A stretch of 64,000 nucleotides of DNA, from positions 14,187-78,186 of the forward strand of contig JAWBBW010000001.1 in assembly GCA_038824035.1 (NCBI GenBank), read 5' to 3'. Source of the DNA: Desulfurococcaceae archaeon. GTDB lineage: Archaea; Thermoproteota; Thermoprotei_A; Sulfolobales; Desulfurococcaceae. Made by a program: the position numbers and the translations under genes. This document shows, piece after piece, positions 34,629-44,486 of this stretch (position 1 is its first letter; each line of letters begins with the position of its first letter). Under the pieces are notes generated by a model. The model did not search any database, was not told the origin of the DNA, and saw nothing but the letters and a program-made list of their open reading frames with translations.

Positions 34629-37103
34629 TTACACTTGGGATTTATCTTTTTTAGAGAAATCAAGTATATTTTTCTTCGCGGATTCCGAGATTATCCTGAT
34701 CTCTGATCTAAACCCCCTCGTGGATATATCTGTCACTTGTTCTTGAACGTTCTTTGACCTTATAACCCCTCTTAGCACATCCTCAATGACTCTTCTATAT
34801 TCATCGAAATCCACATTCTCTATTAAACACTCCTCGTAAGAAATTATTGTCTCGTGGTTCCTCTGATCTAAGCGGAGACGTATCTTGCAATCGCCGGCTT
34901 CGATCAAGCTATCATCGTGTGTCACGATGATCACTTGTCCCTCCAATCTTCCTATCTCCCTTAAAACACTCTTCAATCTATCAACAAGCTCTCTGCTAAA
35001 ACCAGTAGTTGGCTCATCGAGTATGAGGACAGCTTTTTTCAACATCGGGGAATATTGTCTCACAGTAGCGTTCAGGGCCAATCTATATGCAAGGCTAATT
35101 GCTATGTCCTGTCCCCCGCTCGGAGATCTGAGGTCATATGTTCTCTCACCTATCCTGATCCTGGGCATTACCGAGAGATCGTCGCCTATCACCACCTCTA
35201 TTGGTTGATCGGGTATTAGCAATGCTAGGAAATTGTAGAAAAACCCCCTGAAAGTTTCCAACATGATCTTAGATATCTCTTTCTCAACTATATCAACCAC
35301 ATTATTGATCTTAGCTAGTATGTCCCTTAGCCTATGTAATTTCTTGGCCTGTTTCTCAAGGTTTTCAAGTGATTTTTCCAACTCCACGATGGATAAGAGT
35401 TTATTCTCAAGCACTTTGATATCGGCACTAATGCTATAATATTCCCTGGATAATCTCTCTATTTCCTTTCTAATAACATTGATCTCCTGATTCACTTTTT
35501 CCAATTCTCCCTCGATCTCCACTTTAGATCTTTCAATGTCCTTTAACCTGTTCTCAACGCTTTTAAGGGATTCGAGTTCTTCCAACGCTTTCCTCAACTT
35601 ATCCAACATTACCTCGGCTTTATCGAGTTGTCCCTTTCTCTCTTTAAGCAAATTACTTCTCTTGCTTAATTCCCATATTTCGTCCTCAACGACATTTCTC
35701 CTTTTCCTGAGATCATTGATACGTCCTCTCAACGACTCGATCTCATGTTGTACATCTTTCAGCGCCTTCGAAAGGCTTTCATATTCATTGTCAAATTGTT
35801 TTAACCTAGTTTCAATATCTTCCATCTCCCTTGTTATCTCGTTTATCAAGGCATATCCATGTTCATGTGTGATTGGTTGTTTACAGACGGGGCATTTGCC
35901 GATGGCTATTAGCTCGTTGACCTCCTTGAGGTCTCTTTTCTTCTCATCTAGGCGTGCTGACCAGTAACTTATATCTCTTTGCTTACTCATCAACATATCT
36001 CTAAACCGTTTCTCCTCTCTCTCTTTTTCAGAGAGCGTTGATTCCAATTCGTTCATTTCCTTATCAATCATCGCCAATTCTTCTCTCAACTTGGTTATTT
36101 TAGACTCGATCTCCTGTTCCTCTCTGTTGATCCTCTCTCTCAGATTACTCAGATCATGTGGGCTCAGTTCAACGAGATCACCCAGTTTGCTCAATTCTTT
36201 TTTAATCCTTTCGATCTCTTCGTTTATTTCAACTCTCTTCTGGATAAGTGCTTTTAACTCTGATTCCATATCCCTGTATTTATCGCGATCGCTTTCGAGT
36301 TCCTCCCTTCTATTTTCTAATTCAGATAGTCTGTTCTCCAGTGCGATTATCTCGTTTTTTATCGAGGACAATTTTTTCTCTAACTCGTTTTTCTCTCTGT
36401 TGATCTTTTCTTTATCCAATTGTATTAATTGTTGTCGATAAATTTCTATCTTGTTATCGATACTGCTGATCTCCTTGTTCAACGCCTTGCTGATCAATTT
36501 TTCATAATTCCTTCTGAACTCTCTATATCTCTCTAATCCCAGCGCTCTCTCGATGATCTCTCTTCTTTTCTCGCTATCCAACATGAGTATTTCGTGTACA
36601 TTGAACTGGGGGGCGTAGAGTACATTGGTGAATAACAGTGGTTTTCCTTTCTCTACTTCTCTTATTTTCAATATCTCCCGTATTCTCCTATCCATCTCCT
36701 CCTTGGAACTGTATGGTTCATATCTCTTCAATTTGATCTCTTCGCCCTCGATCTCATATATCTCTATCCTGCCTCCACGCGACTCTATCCTATCACCTAC
36801 TCGTACAATTGTTCTCTCGATTAGATATAACCTATCCGCCTGGATCAATAGTCTGACCTTTCCATAATTGCTCCCAGCTCTTAACAGATCTTCTCCAGTT
36901 GGATACGCGAATGCTTCGAATACCTCGTTCCCATGCCACGATCTGGGCACAAGCCCTAGTAAAGCGAAACTTATCGCCATCAGTATACTGGTCTTGCCAC
37001 TACCACTTGCTCCATGAATGGCTATAACGCCCTTGTTGGGGAACACTATTACGCTATTTCTATAGCTCCTGATGTTCTCTAGGTATATGCCCAGGATCCT
37101 CAT
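34629..37103 (-). CDS. rad50: DNA double-strand break repair ATPase Rad50
   Basis: Walker A GASGSGKTS, long coiled coil with zinc hook CPVC, signature SGGQDIAISLAYRLAL, Walker B LILDEPT. Confidence 0.9.
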   Translation of the reverse strand: MRILGIYLENIRSYRNSVIVFPNKGVIAIHGASGSGKTSILMAISFALLGLVPRSWHGNEVFEAFAYPTGEDLLRAGSNYGKVRLLIQADRLYLIERTIVRVGDRIESRGGRIEIYEIEGEEIKLKRYEPYSSKEEMDRRIREILKIREVEKGKPLLFTNVLYAPQFNVHEILMLDSEKRREIIERALGLERYREFRRNYEKLISKALNKEISSIDNKIEIYRQQLIQLDKEKINREKNELEKKLSSIKNEIIALENRLSELENRREELESDRDKYRDMESELKALIQKRVEINEEIERIKKELSKLGDLVELSPHDLSNLRERINREEQEIESKITKLREELAMIDKEMNELESTLSEKEREEKRFRDMLMSKQRDISYWSARLDEKKRDLKEVNELIAIGKCPVCKQPITHEHGYALINEITREMEDIETRLKQFDNEYESLSKALKDVQHEIESLRGRINDLRKRRNVVEDEIWELSKRSNLLKERKGQLDKAEVMLDKLRKALEELESLKSVENRLKDIERSKVEIEGELEKVNQEINVIRKEIERLSREYYSISADIKVLENKLLSIVELEKSLENLEKQAKKLHRLRDILAKINNVVDIVEKEISKIMLETFRGFFYNFLALLIPDQPIEVVIGDDLSVMPRIRIGERTYDLRSPSGGQDIAISLAYRLALNATVRQYSPMLKKAVLILDEPTTGFSRELVDRLKSVLREIGRLEGQVIIVTHDDSLIEAGDCKIRLRLDQRNHETIISYEECLIENVDFDEYRRVIEDVLRGVIRSKNVQEQVTDISTRGFRSEIRIISESAKKNILDFSKKDKSQV

Positions 37104-39086
37104 TTAACCCGCCATGTCCATTAGTAATTTGGCCACATCTCCCTTTATCTTGCCTAGCTCCTTTCTCCTATTCCTAATGGCCATGATGTTGTCTGCGTAC
37201 TCGAACCAAGCAGGTATATATATTGGCACAGGCTCCTTGATCGGCAGATCAGGTGTATATAAATAGCCCTCTCTATCGCCGAGATATGGTAGCGTCTCCA
37301 CAGGTATACCGATGTCCCTGAAGAACTCTATATCACTCCTACTCCTCGTTCTCAACACTATGTATGTGTTGAAATTAGCCAGTAATTGCTTCTCGATAAT
37401 AGTGGCTAATTGTGTTATGGCAATTAAGCCTATTTTGAATTTCCTGCCCTCTCTCGCTATCCTCGCGAACACGTTATATGGGCTTGTAACTTTATCAGGG
37501 CTGAGGTATAAAGGCGCCTCTTCCGAGACTATGCCTATTGTGAAACTACGTGAAGACTCCTCCACTCCTTTTTCAAGTCTGTTTTCAAATAATCTCCTAG
37601 TTATCGTCAAGTTGGCTAGGTCTGCTTGCACGTTGTCTATCCTGGAGACATCTATTACAACGATATCCCCTTTCTCAACCCATTCAATAACGCTATCTAT
37701 GCTGAGCCCAGTGTAACCCGGTATTTCCAATTCCTCGCATATAACTTTCCATTGATAATTGGCTGTACTCACATTGAATGCCTTTCCCAATTTCTCTACG
37801 AATAATGAGAGGAAACAAGCCAGGCCATCAGGGTCTTTCAATAAAGGAGATGTCTTAACAACACTCAACGAGTCGTCTATGATATATATGGGTTTATTAC
37901 TACTTGTTCTCTCAAGTTTTATTCTCCAATTCAGTTTCAGTAAAACAAGTCTCCTTAAAACCCTTGAGATCCTCGCATCTATCCCCCTATCAACGAGGAT
38001 CCTGTGAAGTCCTTTTTTATAATCCCTTTGTTCGCCTACGCCCTCATACCTGATCACGTTATCGACTAGTATAGGTATTAATGCTATGGCGTTGGCTGTG
38101 GCCTCATCATTCCGTGTTATGAATAAACCAGCGTTTTTAATCTTCCCATCTTTCTCTAGTTCTTTAATCACGTGGATCACTATTGAGAGAAATTCATCCA
38201 TTTCGCTGATCCTCTCGAGGCTGATGTCGCCAAGCCCGGCAAAGTCCTGGAAAAGCACACTACTAGCATCTAGTGCTGTTTCATATAGCCTGAAACACCC
38301 ATGTTCACTAGCCATTATATCCCTGTCCCTCCTGGCTGTGACAAACCTAATAGATTTTATCTCAACATCGTGTATGTATTGATTCGAGCCTATGGCCTCC
38401 AGTAAATAACCTATGAAACTATCCGGCGTAAACCCCGCTTCTGGGACGTATTCTCCGTGCCTATCTATGATCAGCCATCCCATCTTCTCGGTGGACTCTA
38501 ATGCGTATTTGAGCAAGATCCCTTGAATTCCACTGGTTTTACCAGAACCCGTTTGCCCAGCAACGAGCACATGTTTGCTCAATATACGTGGAAGGTCTAG
38601 CCTAAATGTTGCATCGGGGAAATGCTTCTCCCTTGCCAACTCCTTGTTATGAGCAACACCAGATCTCAGTATCGCCACTGCCACACCTTTTTCACTAGTT
38701 CTTGTCCCTATCTCTCTCATTATATTTTTCGCGTCATCATCGCTATTCGTCAATAGATATATAGGTGTCATAAAGGATGGGGGCTTAGAGGCCTTTGTGA
38801 GCACTTTCTCGTTCGCGTTAACGGGGATCAACTCTAGGAATAGGCTTGCCTGGATCACGACATTTCTCTGGAATTTCATTAACTCTGGTTGTTGAAGAGG
38901 TTCTATGCTTCGAACGCTTATCGGTAAAAAGCCCTCGAAGCCAACTACATTCATTATAATCACTCTGCCATTTCTCTCAATTGTATACAGTAGATCGCCA
39001 TAGGATGGGGTATAATTGTCATTGGTGACAGCGATAAGCGCTCTATCGTTTGACCATCCATATGTTAACCCTATTCTAACAGGCAT
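37104..39086 (-). CDS. herA: HerA DNA helicase/translocase (operon copy)
   Basis: Walker A VAGQTGSGKTS and an N-terminal HAS-barrel-like region. Located inside the mre11/rad50 operon. Confidence 0.85.
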   Translation of the reverse strand: MPVRIGLTYGWSNDRALIAVTNDNYTPSYGDLLYTIERNGRVIIMNVVGFEGFLPISVRSIEPLQQPELMKFQRNVVIQASLFLELIPVNANEKVLTKASKPPSFMTPIYLLTNSDDDAKNIMREIGTRTSEKGVAVAILRSGVAHNKELAREKHFPDATFRLDLPRILSKHVLVAGQTGSGKTSGIQGILLKYALESTEKMGWLIIDRHGEYVPEAGFTPDSFIGYLLEAIGSNQYIHDVEIKSIRFVTARRDRDIMASEHGCFRLYETALDASSVLFQDFAGLGDISLERISEMDEFLSIVIHVIKELEKDGKIKNAGLFITRNDEATANAIALIPILVDNVIRYEGVGEQRDYKKGLHRILVDRGIDARISRVLRRLVLLKLNWRIKLERTSSNKPIYIIDDSLSVVKTSPLLKDPDGLACFLSLFVEKLGKAFNVSTANYQWKVICEELEIPGYTGLSIDSVIEWVEKGDIVVIDVSRIDNVQADLANLTITRRLFENRLEKGVEESSRSFTIGIVSEEAPLYLSPDKVTSPYNVFARIAREGRKFKIGLIAITQLATIIEKQLLANFNTYIVLRTRSRSDIEFFRDIGIPVETLPYLGDREGYLYTPDLPIKEPVPIYIPAWFEYADNIMAIRNRRKELGKIKGDVAKLLMDMAG

Positions 39087-39090
39087 GTGC

Positions 39091-40386
39091 TCACCTGTAG
39101 CCTATTCTCATTCTCTGAGTACTCATAAACATATATTCGAGTGGATGCCCTATAGTGCCCGTGATCTCCCTTATCACTTGTACAAAGCTCTCGGATATAT
39201 CTCTAAAGGTCTCGTTTTTCAATCTAACCATTTCATCGACCTCCATGAATCCATGAGGTAATTGGCCGATCACCGGTGTTCTATACAAGAAGATCTCCTG
39301 TGAAACCCTTGGTATGGTCTTGCCTAGTTCTGATGCCAATTTACTATTAAACACCACCATCCCCCTTTCAATGTTGATCAGAGGTCTTTGGATATATTTC
39401 TCCAGGTGGAAAACGGTATTTTCGCTAGTCGTGATCGGGAACCTGGTAACCCATATATCGTTTCTTGGGAATATCAATTTATTGAACAAATTAATGGTAT
39501 CCATGGCCATGTCGACGCCGTACTTAATCCTTATGTCCTCTATCACCGAGGAGGCTTTTTCCACTGATTCCTCATCTACGTAGCTATAGAGACCTAGATC
39601 TACTCTTCCCACGTTACCATAGAATATCTCCCTGGCACGGGCGAATGAGGTGAACTTGGTTGTCTTGGTGAGACCCATTACATCATTTAGTTCATTTATC
39701 AAGACATCTCTATCTATCCCGGTTATTTTCTCAAGGACGTTTAATCCATCAAATTTAAAGGATTTCAGAGATCTCTTCACGCTAAACCATCTGATCAATG
39801 TGCCGTCTATAACGCATATAGGCTTTTTCAGCAAAAACCTCTTCAATTTAATCCCATAAGCGATCTCCATGAGCCCCTCCACATAGTTCACGAATTTCTT
39901 GAAATTACTCATTAATTTCAAGCCAGATCCCGATGTCTGTTTATTCAACATAGCCGTTATCTCCTCAGAGATCCTGGGCGCGGACTCGGGCCTGATTAAT
40001 ACCGGGTTTTCATCGACAGGTATAAATCTGATTACGAATTCTGAGCCCTTCTCCCCTTGAACCCATCTCCCATATACGAAGTAGGTCTCATAGGGAGGCA
40101 TATCACATATTTCATGAACATATCTCACACGTCCTTCCTCATCTCTCACACATCCACCAATGTTTATGATATATAGCACTGAGACATCTGTCTCCACGTT
40201 GTTAAAGCCAGCATCTACAAATACTATGGGGGCCTCTTGTTCGCGTGGAACGAGTGGTGAGACCTTGTAAAACGCCCTATAGGCCTCACTTCTCAGCCTT
40301 ATTAATTCGCTTTCACGGGATTTCACGAAGTCCTCTCTCATCTTGATCGCCACTTCTCTAATTATTTCAAGGATCTTCGAGCTCAT
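39091..40386 (-). CDS. nurA: NurA 5'-3' nuclease (operon copy)
   Basis: NurA-like acidic motifs (VFVDAGFN, CVIDGTLIRW). Sits between mre11 and herA; its start overlaps the mre11 stop as ATGA. Confidence 0.7.
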   Translation of the reverse strand: MSSKILEIIREVAIKMREDFVKSRESELIRLRSEAYRAFYKVSPLVPREQEAPIVFVDAGFNNVETDVSVLYIINIGGCVRDEEGRVRYVHEICDMPPYETYFVYGRWVQGEKGSEFVIRFIPVDENPVLIRPESAPRISEEITAMLNKQTSGSGLKLMSNFKKFVNYVEGLMEIAYGIKLKRFLLKKPICVIDGTLIRWFSVKRSLKSFKFDGLNVLEKITGIDRDVLINELNDVMGLTKTTKFTSFARAREIFYGNVGRVDLGLYSYVDEESVEKASSVIEDIRIKYGVDMAMDTINLFNKLIFPRNDIWVTRFPITTSENTVFHLEKYIQRPLINIERGMVVFNSKLASELGKTIPRVSQEIFLYRTPVIGQLPHGFMEVDEMVRLKNETFRDISESFVQVIREITGTIGHPLEYMFMSTQRMRIGYR

Positions 40387-41666
40387 TTCTCGATCACCTC
40401 TTTCATCTCCCTCAAGATCTCGTCTAGTAGTCTTCTATAATATGTTTCATCGGGTTCACTGGATTTGGGCAAACTCAGTTGGTCAATCAACCACATCGCC
40501 TTATCCACCATGCTCGAAAGACCTTGCCTAGACAATATCTCTTTCACGATCTTCTTCTCTATTTCAAATATGGAATCGCCTGTTACATGTACGTCGATTA
40601 CAGGGCCCTCGCCTAGAAGGGCGCTAGCTATACCCATAGATCTACCCGACCTAACCCTGATCATCACCTTGTACCTGTTCTCCATCTCCGCGATTTCCCG
40701 GTGAAGTCTGGCATCGGGTAGTTGTATACTCCTGGCTCTTACTATAAACACCTTGTATTCATTGCTCATGTCCTTGACCTTGCTATTTACTTCGATCAAA
40801 AGGTCGTTGACATTGATATGGCTAGACTCTATCAGAGCTACTTTTGGCACGTTATCAAGTTCCAAGGCCTTAACCAAGGGCGGTTCATGTGAGAGATCAA
40901 TGAGGAGCACTCTACGTGATATACCTTTTTTAGCTAATTCATATGTCTCCTCCATGTCGTTTAAATCCATTCCTAAAGGCGCCCCTGAATATGCTATATT
41001 GCTCTTAAAGGCCTTCTCCAAGGGGATAGGCATATGTATGTGCCCGAGCGCAACGTATTTCGTGTTACTCGGTAACTTAGCCAATAAGTCATCGCCCTTG
41101 ATACTCAGCTTGCCATATCTATGATGATATGATGCGGGGTCGAAACCGGAGAACTTCACGCTCATATGTGCCACGACCACTGTGTCATGTCTATCCCCTT
41201 TACCATTAATTCCCTTGAACCTCACTTTACCCTGATCAATGTATTCGATCTCCTTGCCCCCCCTGAACCCGGGGATTCCATAGTAAACGACATTGTCCAC
41301 AAGTAGTGGCAATGAAATCATCCACCCCGATAACTCCTCGTACCTTAATAGCCGAATTAACCCGGATTCGTCAAGTAATTCCAATATCCCTTTTCTATAC
41401 CTCGAGTTATCATGATTACCGGGCACGACCACTATTTCTTTCCCATTATCTCTGAGGTTTCTCAAGATCTTTATTGAACGTATTAAGAGGTCATAATTGT
41501 CCAACACGGCTTTGTCAAACATGTCCCCGGCTACTACGAGTGTTCTCGCATCGAGACCCATGACTTTCTCCGCTATTTCTTCTAAAACATCTATATAAGC
41601 CTTGCCGAGAAATGGATGCACTGACATCGCGCAACCAATGTGTAAATCACTTGTATGTATGAGCAT
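40383..41666 (-). CDS. mre11: Mre11 nuclease
   Basis: Phosphoesterase motifs TSDLHIG, AGDMFD, PGNHD, GHIH. Confidence 0.9.
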   Translation of the reverse strand: MLIHTSDLHIGCAMSVHPFLGKAYIDVLEEIAEKVMGLDARTLVVAGDMFDKAVLDNYDLLIRSIKILRNLRDNGKEIVVVPGNHDNSRYRKGILELLDESGLIRLLRYEELSGWMISLPLLVDNVVYYGIPGFRGGKEIEYIDQGKVRFKGINGKGDRHDTVVVAHMSVKFSGFDPASYHHRYGKLSIKGDDLLAKLPSNTKYVALGHIHMPIPLEKAFKSNIAYSGAPLGMDLNDMEETYELAKKGISRRVLLIDLSHEPPLVKALELDNVPKVALIESSHINVNDLLIEVNSKVKDMSNEYKVFIVRARSIQLPDARLHREIAEMENRYKVMIRVRSGRSMGIASALLGEGPVIDVHVTGDSIFEIEKKIVKEILSRQGLSSMVDKAMWLIDQLSLPKSSEPDETYYRRLLDEILREMKEVIEK

Positions 41667-41704
41667 TTAGAAGACACCTTGATTTCTAATTTCTAATAAC
41701 AGGG

Positions 41705-41713
41705 TATATTAAA
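41705..41713 (-). promoter_or_regulatory. TATA-like element (TTTAATATA on the minus strand) upstream of the mre11 operon
   Basis: About 40 nt upstream of the mre11 ATG. It is the only strong TATA-like element in this gap. Confidence 0.4.
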
Positions 41714-41813
41714 GGAGGCTCAAATCGATGTATTGGTATATTTGATTAGGAAGATAGGCCCTAAGTAATTGTTCATGGGGATTAAAGACAAAAAACCTTC
41801 AACGGGGAATAAT

Positions 41814-43613
41814 CTACTCGGTCAACTTGTAATCGGGCACCACTGGTGGTAAGCGGGCTTTTTTCGCATATATCGTGCTCAGCAGATAGTGTAATCCCAG
41901 TAATAGCGCCACGCCAATTGCTAATAATATAACTGGGTTTATTAGCCCCATCGCGAACATGATGTACAATACTATGCCAACTAGGCCGGCTAATAAAGCG
42001 TATGGCAACTGTGTCTTGACGTGATCTATGTGATCGCAACCGCTGAACATGGATGACATGATTGTTGTATCGCTTATGGGGGAACAATGGTCTCCGAATA
42101 TACCACCGCCGAAGACTGCACCTATTGCCGCGAACATGATCATATATGCTATCCAATCCTGGCCTGGGTAATGGATAAGTGCTAGTTTCCACGCCATGGG
42201 CACTGCGATGGGCATCATTATTCCAAAAGTGCCCCAGCTAGTGCCAGTGTTGAACGATATGAACATCGATACCATGTATATTATCAATGGCACGAGTAAC
42301 GCTGGTATACCTATGGTCAACGCACCGTGTACAACGTAATCGGCTGTGCCAAGTGTATCGACAACAGTCTTAATGGTCCATGCATGTAGTAATATCGCGT
42401 TGGCGTAGAGCATCAAGTACATGCCTTTAACAGTATATCTCACACTATCTCTTAGACTGGCGTTTCTACTGAGCAATATCCAGGCAAGGGTGAAGAAATA
42501 CGCGGCAAGCGAGGCCCAGAACAACGCCTTGGCCGCATCACAGTACTCCAATGCCTTGGCAAAACCAACCTCCCACCAGTGTTCTACGCCGATCTCCTCC
42601 ATAGCCGCAACGCCGCCGGTGTACCACAGGCCCAATATTGCTATTGATATGAGCAATATCGCGGATATCACGAATAACCAGCCCGAAGCCCTCTTACCCG
42701 TGACAGGTTCTCTACCGAGTACCTCTTCAGTTGGCATGAGGGGTGTGGCCCCATCTCTTAAAACCTTTCCCTCCTTAACAGCCCTGTGTTCAGCCATCAG
42801 CATTGGGCCGAAATGCCTCCTCGTAATGCTGATCCAGAACACGAGGATGATTGCCAGTATTGAGTAGAAGTGATATGGCACAGCGTTAAGCCATGCATAA
42901 TATGCCGCTATATCTGGCGCTATCGGTATCCCACCATTTGCAGCTTCTTCCTGCAATTTGACGATTGCATCGTTGATCAACGACACCTCGTAACCTATCC
43001 ATGTAGAGACCACGAATAAGCCAGCAACAGGGGCTGCAGTGGAATCCACTATATAGCTGAGCATCTCTCTACTGATTCTGACCTTGTCCGTGACAGGCCT
43101 GGATGCATTGCCAACCACAATCGTGTTTGTGTAGTCATCGAAGAATACTGTTAAACCAAGAACTGATGTTATTATGCTTGCTGTTCTCGAAGATTTAATG
43201 CCCTTTATAATTGATTCAGCCGCTGAGTGCAGGGCGCCTGAGGCATATAATAAACCAACCCATGCACCGATGACGAAGTCAAATAACAATATAGTGGCAT
43301 TCCATGAATTAATCGCGTTCTCTACATACCATTCAAACACCTTTAATGAAGCTGTTATGGGATTATATGCGGCCACCATTAACGCGCCTATCCATATACC
43401 TAGGAATAAAGATGGTAAGACCTCGCCTGTGACCATGCACAGGGCAATGGCTAGCAATGGCGGTAATAATGGAAAGGTGATGTACGGAAACCTCTTATCC
43501 TTGGGCATGAACTCAGCGTGTGGTGGGACATACGCGATCAGCGCGATGATTATAACGACTAGCACGATGATCCACTTGTACGGCACACCTTTCCTTGTCA
43601 AGAACCCCACCAA
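41814..43613 (-). CDS. NhaC-family Na+/H+ antiporter-like membrane transporter
   Basis: Polytopic membrane protein with the family motif FGDHCSPISDTTIMSS. GTG start. Confidence 0.85.
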   Translation of the reverse strand: MVGFLTRKGVPYKWIIVLVVIIIALIAYVPPHAEFMPKDKRFPYITFPLLPPLLAIALCMVTGEVLPSLFLGIWIGALMVAAYNPITASLKVFEWYVENAINSWNATILLFDFVIGAWVGLLYASGALHSAAESIIKGIKSSRTASIITSVLGLTVFFDDYTNTIVVGNASRPVTDKVRISREMLSYIVDSTAAPVAGLFVVSTWIGYEVSLINDAIVKLQEEAANGGIPIAPDIAAYYAWLNAVPYHFYSILAIILVFWISITRRHFGPMLMAEHRAVKEGKVLRDGATPLMPTEEVLGREPVTGKRASGWLFVISAILLISIAILGLWYTGGVAAMEEIGVEHWWEVGFAKALEYCDAAKALFWASLAAYFFTLAWILLSRNASLRDSVRYTVKGMYLMLYANAILLHAWTIKTVVDTLGTADYVVHGALTIGIPALLVPLIIYMVSMFISFNTGTSWGTFGIMMPIAVPMAWKLALIHYPGQDWIAYMIMFAAIGAVFGGGIFGDHCSPISDTTIMSSMFSGCDHIDHVKTQLPYALLAGLVGIVLYIMFAMGLINPVILLAIGVALLLGLHYLLSTIYAKKARLPPVVPDYKLTE

Positions 43614-44341
43614 GTAGACAATATGTGGCTTAAATTTAAAATCATTTACAACTAGTTAATCAATAATATATAGTTATACATACCATGAAATAAGCATTAT
43701 AGTTTGGTAAATATACATGATTTCCAAACATCCCACGACGGCGAAGCCGCAGAGCCGTGTGTATTACTGGTCAATGGTAGAAGAGCTGGGCAAGTGACCA
43801 GGACAGGGTGAGCTCTCAGTTAATTAGGTTTACCAGGTGATTAACACATCAACAACATCATAGAGCACATCAATATCGCTTAATTCTAACAAGGCCGAGC
43901 TTGGATCTCAATGTATATAGAGTGGTGTAGTTTTCAAGATCAATTCTATGTTACCCACTCGGATCTATTACCAAGCCGTAGAGAAACAAATCAAGCATCC
44001 CCCATGGTATCCCAGATCTAGCTAAATAAAGCCCAATCCGGTTTTGTACAGGGCTTCGAAATTTCTCCTTTTCATGAATATACATGGATCTGTAGCCCTC
44101 ACAATAACACCGTGTGATATAATAGTAGCTAAGCATAATCCTATTTCTACGAAATTTAACGGACTCTATCACCCACGTACTCGTGGTTTATGTAATATCT
44201 CTGGAAATATCATTGTCTTTTCAACACTGGCTAGAGATCGTGAAGCAGAGTATAGAATTGATCATTAATTAGAAGTTCTTATTATGTAATGATTGTTGAG
44301 CCGGGTTAGCATTAACTAGAGGTTCTATGAGGACCGATCTA

Positions 44342-44416
44342 TGGGGCCGCGGGGATTTGAACCCCGGGTCACGGGGGCCCAAGCCCCGCATCCTAGCCAG
44401 GCTAGACTACGGCCCC
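44342..44416 (-). tRNA. tRNA-Pro (anticodon UGG), 75 nt, no intron, CCA not encoded
   Basis: Folded by hand: acceptor GGGGCCG/CGGCCCC, anticodon arm CGGGG-CTTGGGC-CCCCG, T arm CGGGG-TTCAAAT-CCCCG, discriminator A. Confidence 0.9.
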
Positions 44417-44442
44417 CTTTAGAATAGAAATCACAGAGCGGG

Positions 44443-44450
44443 TTTTAAAT
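44443..44450 (-). promoter_or_regulatory. TATA box (ATTTAAAA on the minus strand) of tRNA-Pro
   Basis: Its centre lies about 26 nt upstream of position ~44420, which is 4 nt before the mature 5' end. Confidence 0.55.
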
Positions 44451-44486
44451 CCCTTCTTCAATCGATCTCTTGGAATCGACCCAGTG

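Noticed and set aside
35536-36441. Long Ser/Leu-rich ORFs antisense to rad50 (35536-35967 and 36091-36441). Similar shadow ORFs lie opposite ppsA (20173-21051), speA (7135-8232), herA, leuS and ileS.
   Set aside because: They are reverse-complement shadows of real genes: Glu/Lys-rich coiled-coil codons read as Ser/Leu/Phe on the other strand. They are low-complexity, have no motifs, and are fully contained in strongly supported CDSs.
41677-41695. Short tandem ATTTCTA ATTTCTA between the mre11 start and its TATA-like element.
   Set aside because: It has only two 7-nt copies in AT-rich promoter DNA, which is within chance expectation. I note it only as part of the putative 5' leader.
43717-43797. 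26-codon ATG ORF (MISKHPTTAKPQSRVYYWSMVEELGK) in the long gap next to tRNA-Pro.
   Set aside because: It is too short, has no recognisable motif or clear promoter spacing, and overlaps the GC-rich structured segment, which explains the open frame equally well.
43795-43845. ACCAGGACAGG and GTTTACCAGGT strings reminiscent of the SRP (4.5S/7S) RNA helix 8 region.
   Set aside because: The conserved GGAA/GNAR tetraloop and AGCA elements are absent. The surrounding ~300 nt is AT-rich, which is incompatible with a hyperthermophile SRP RNA.
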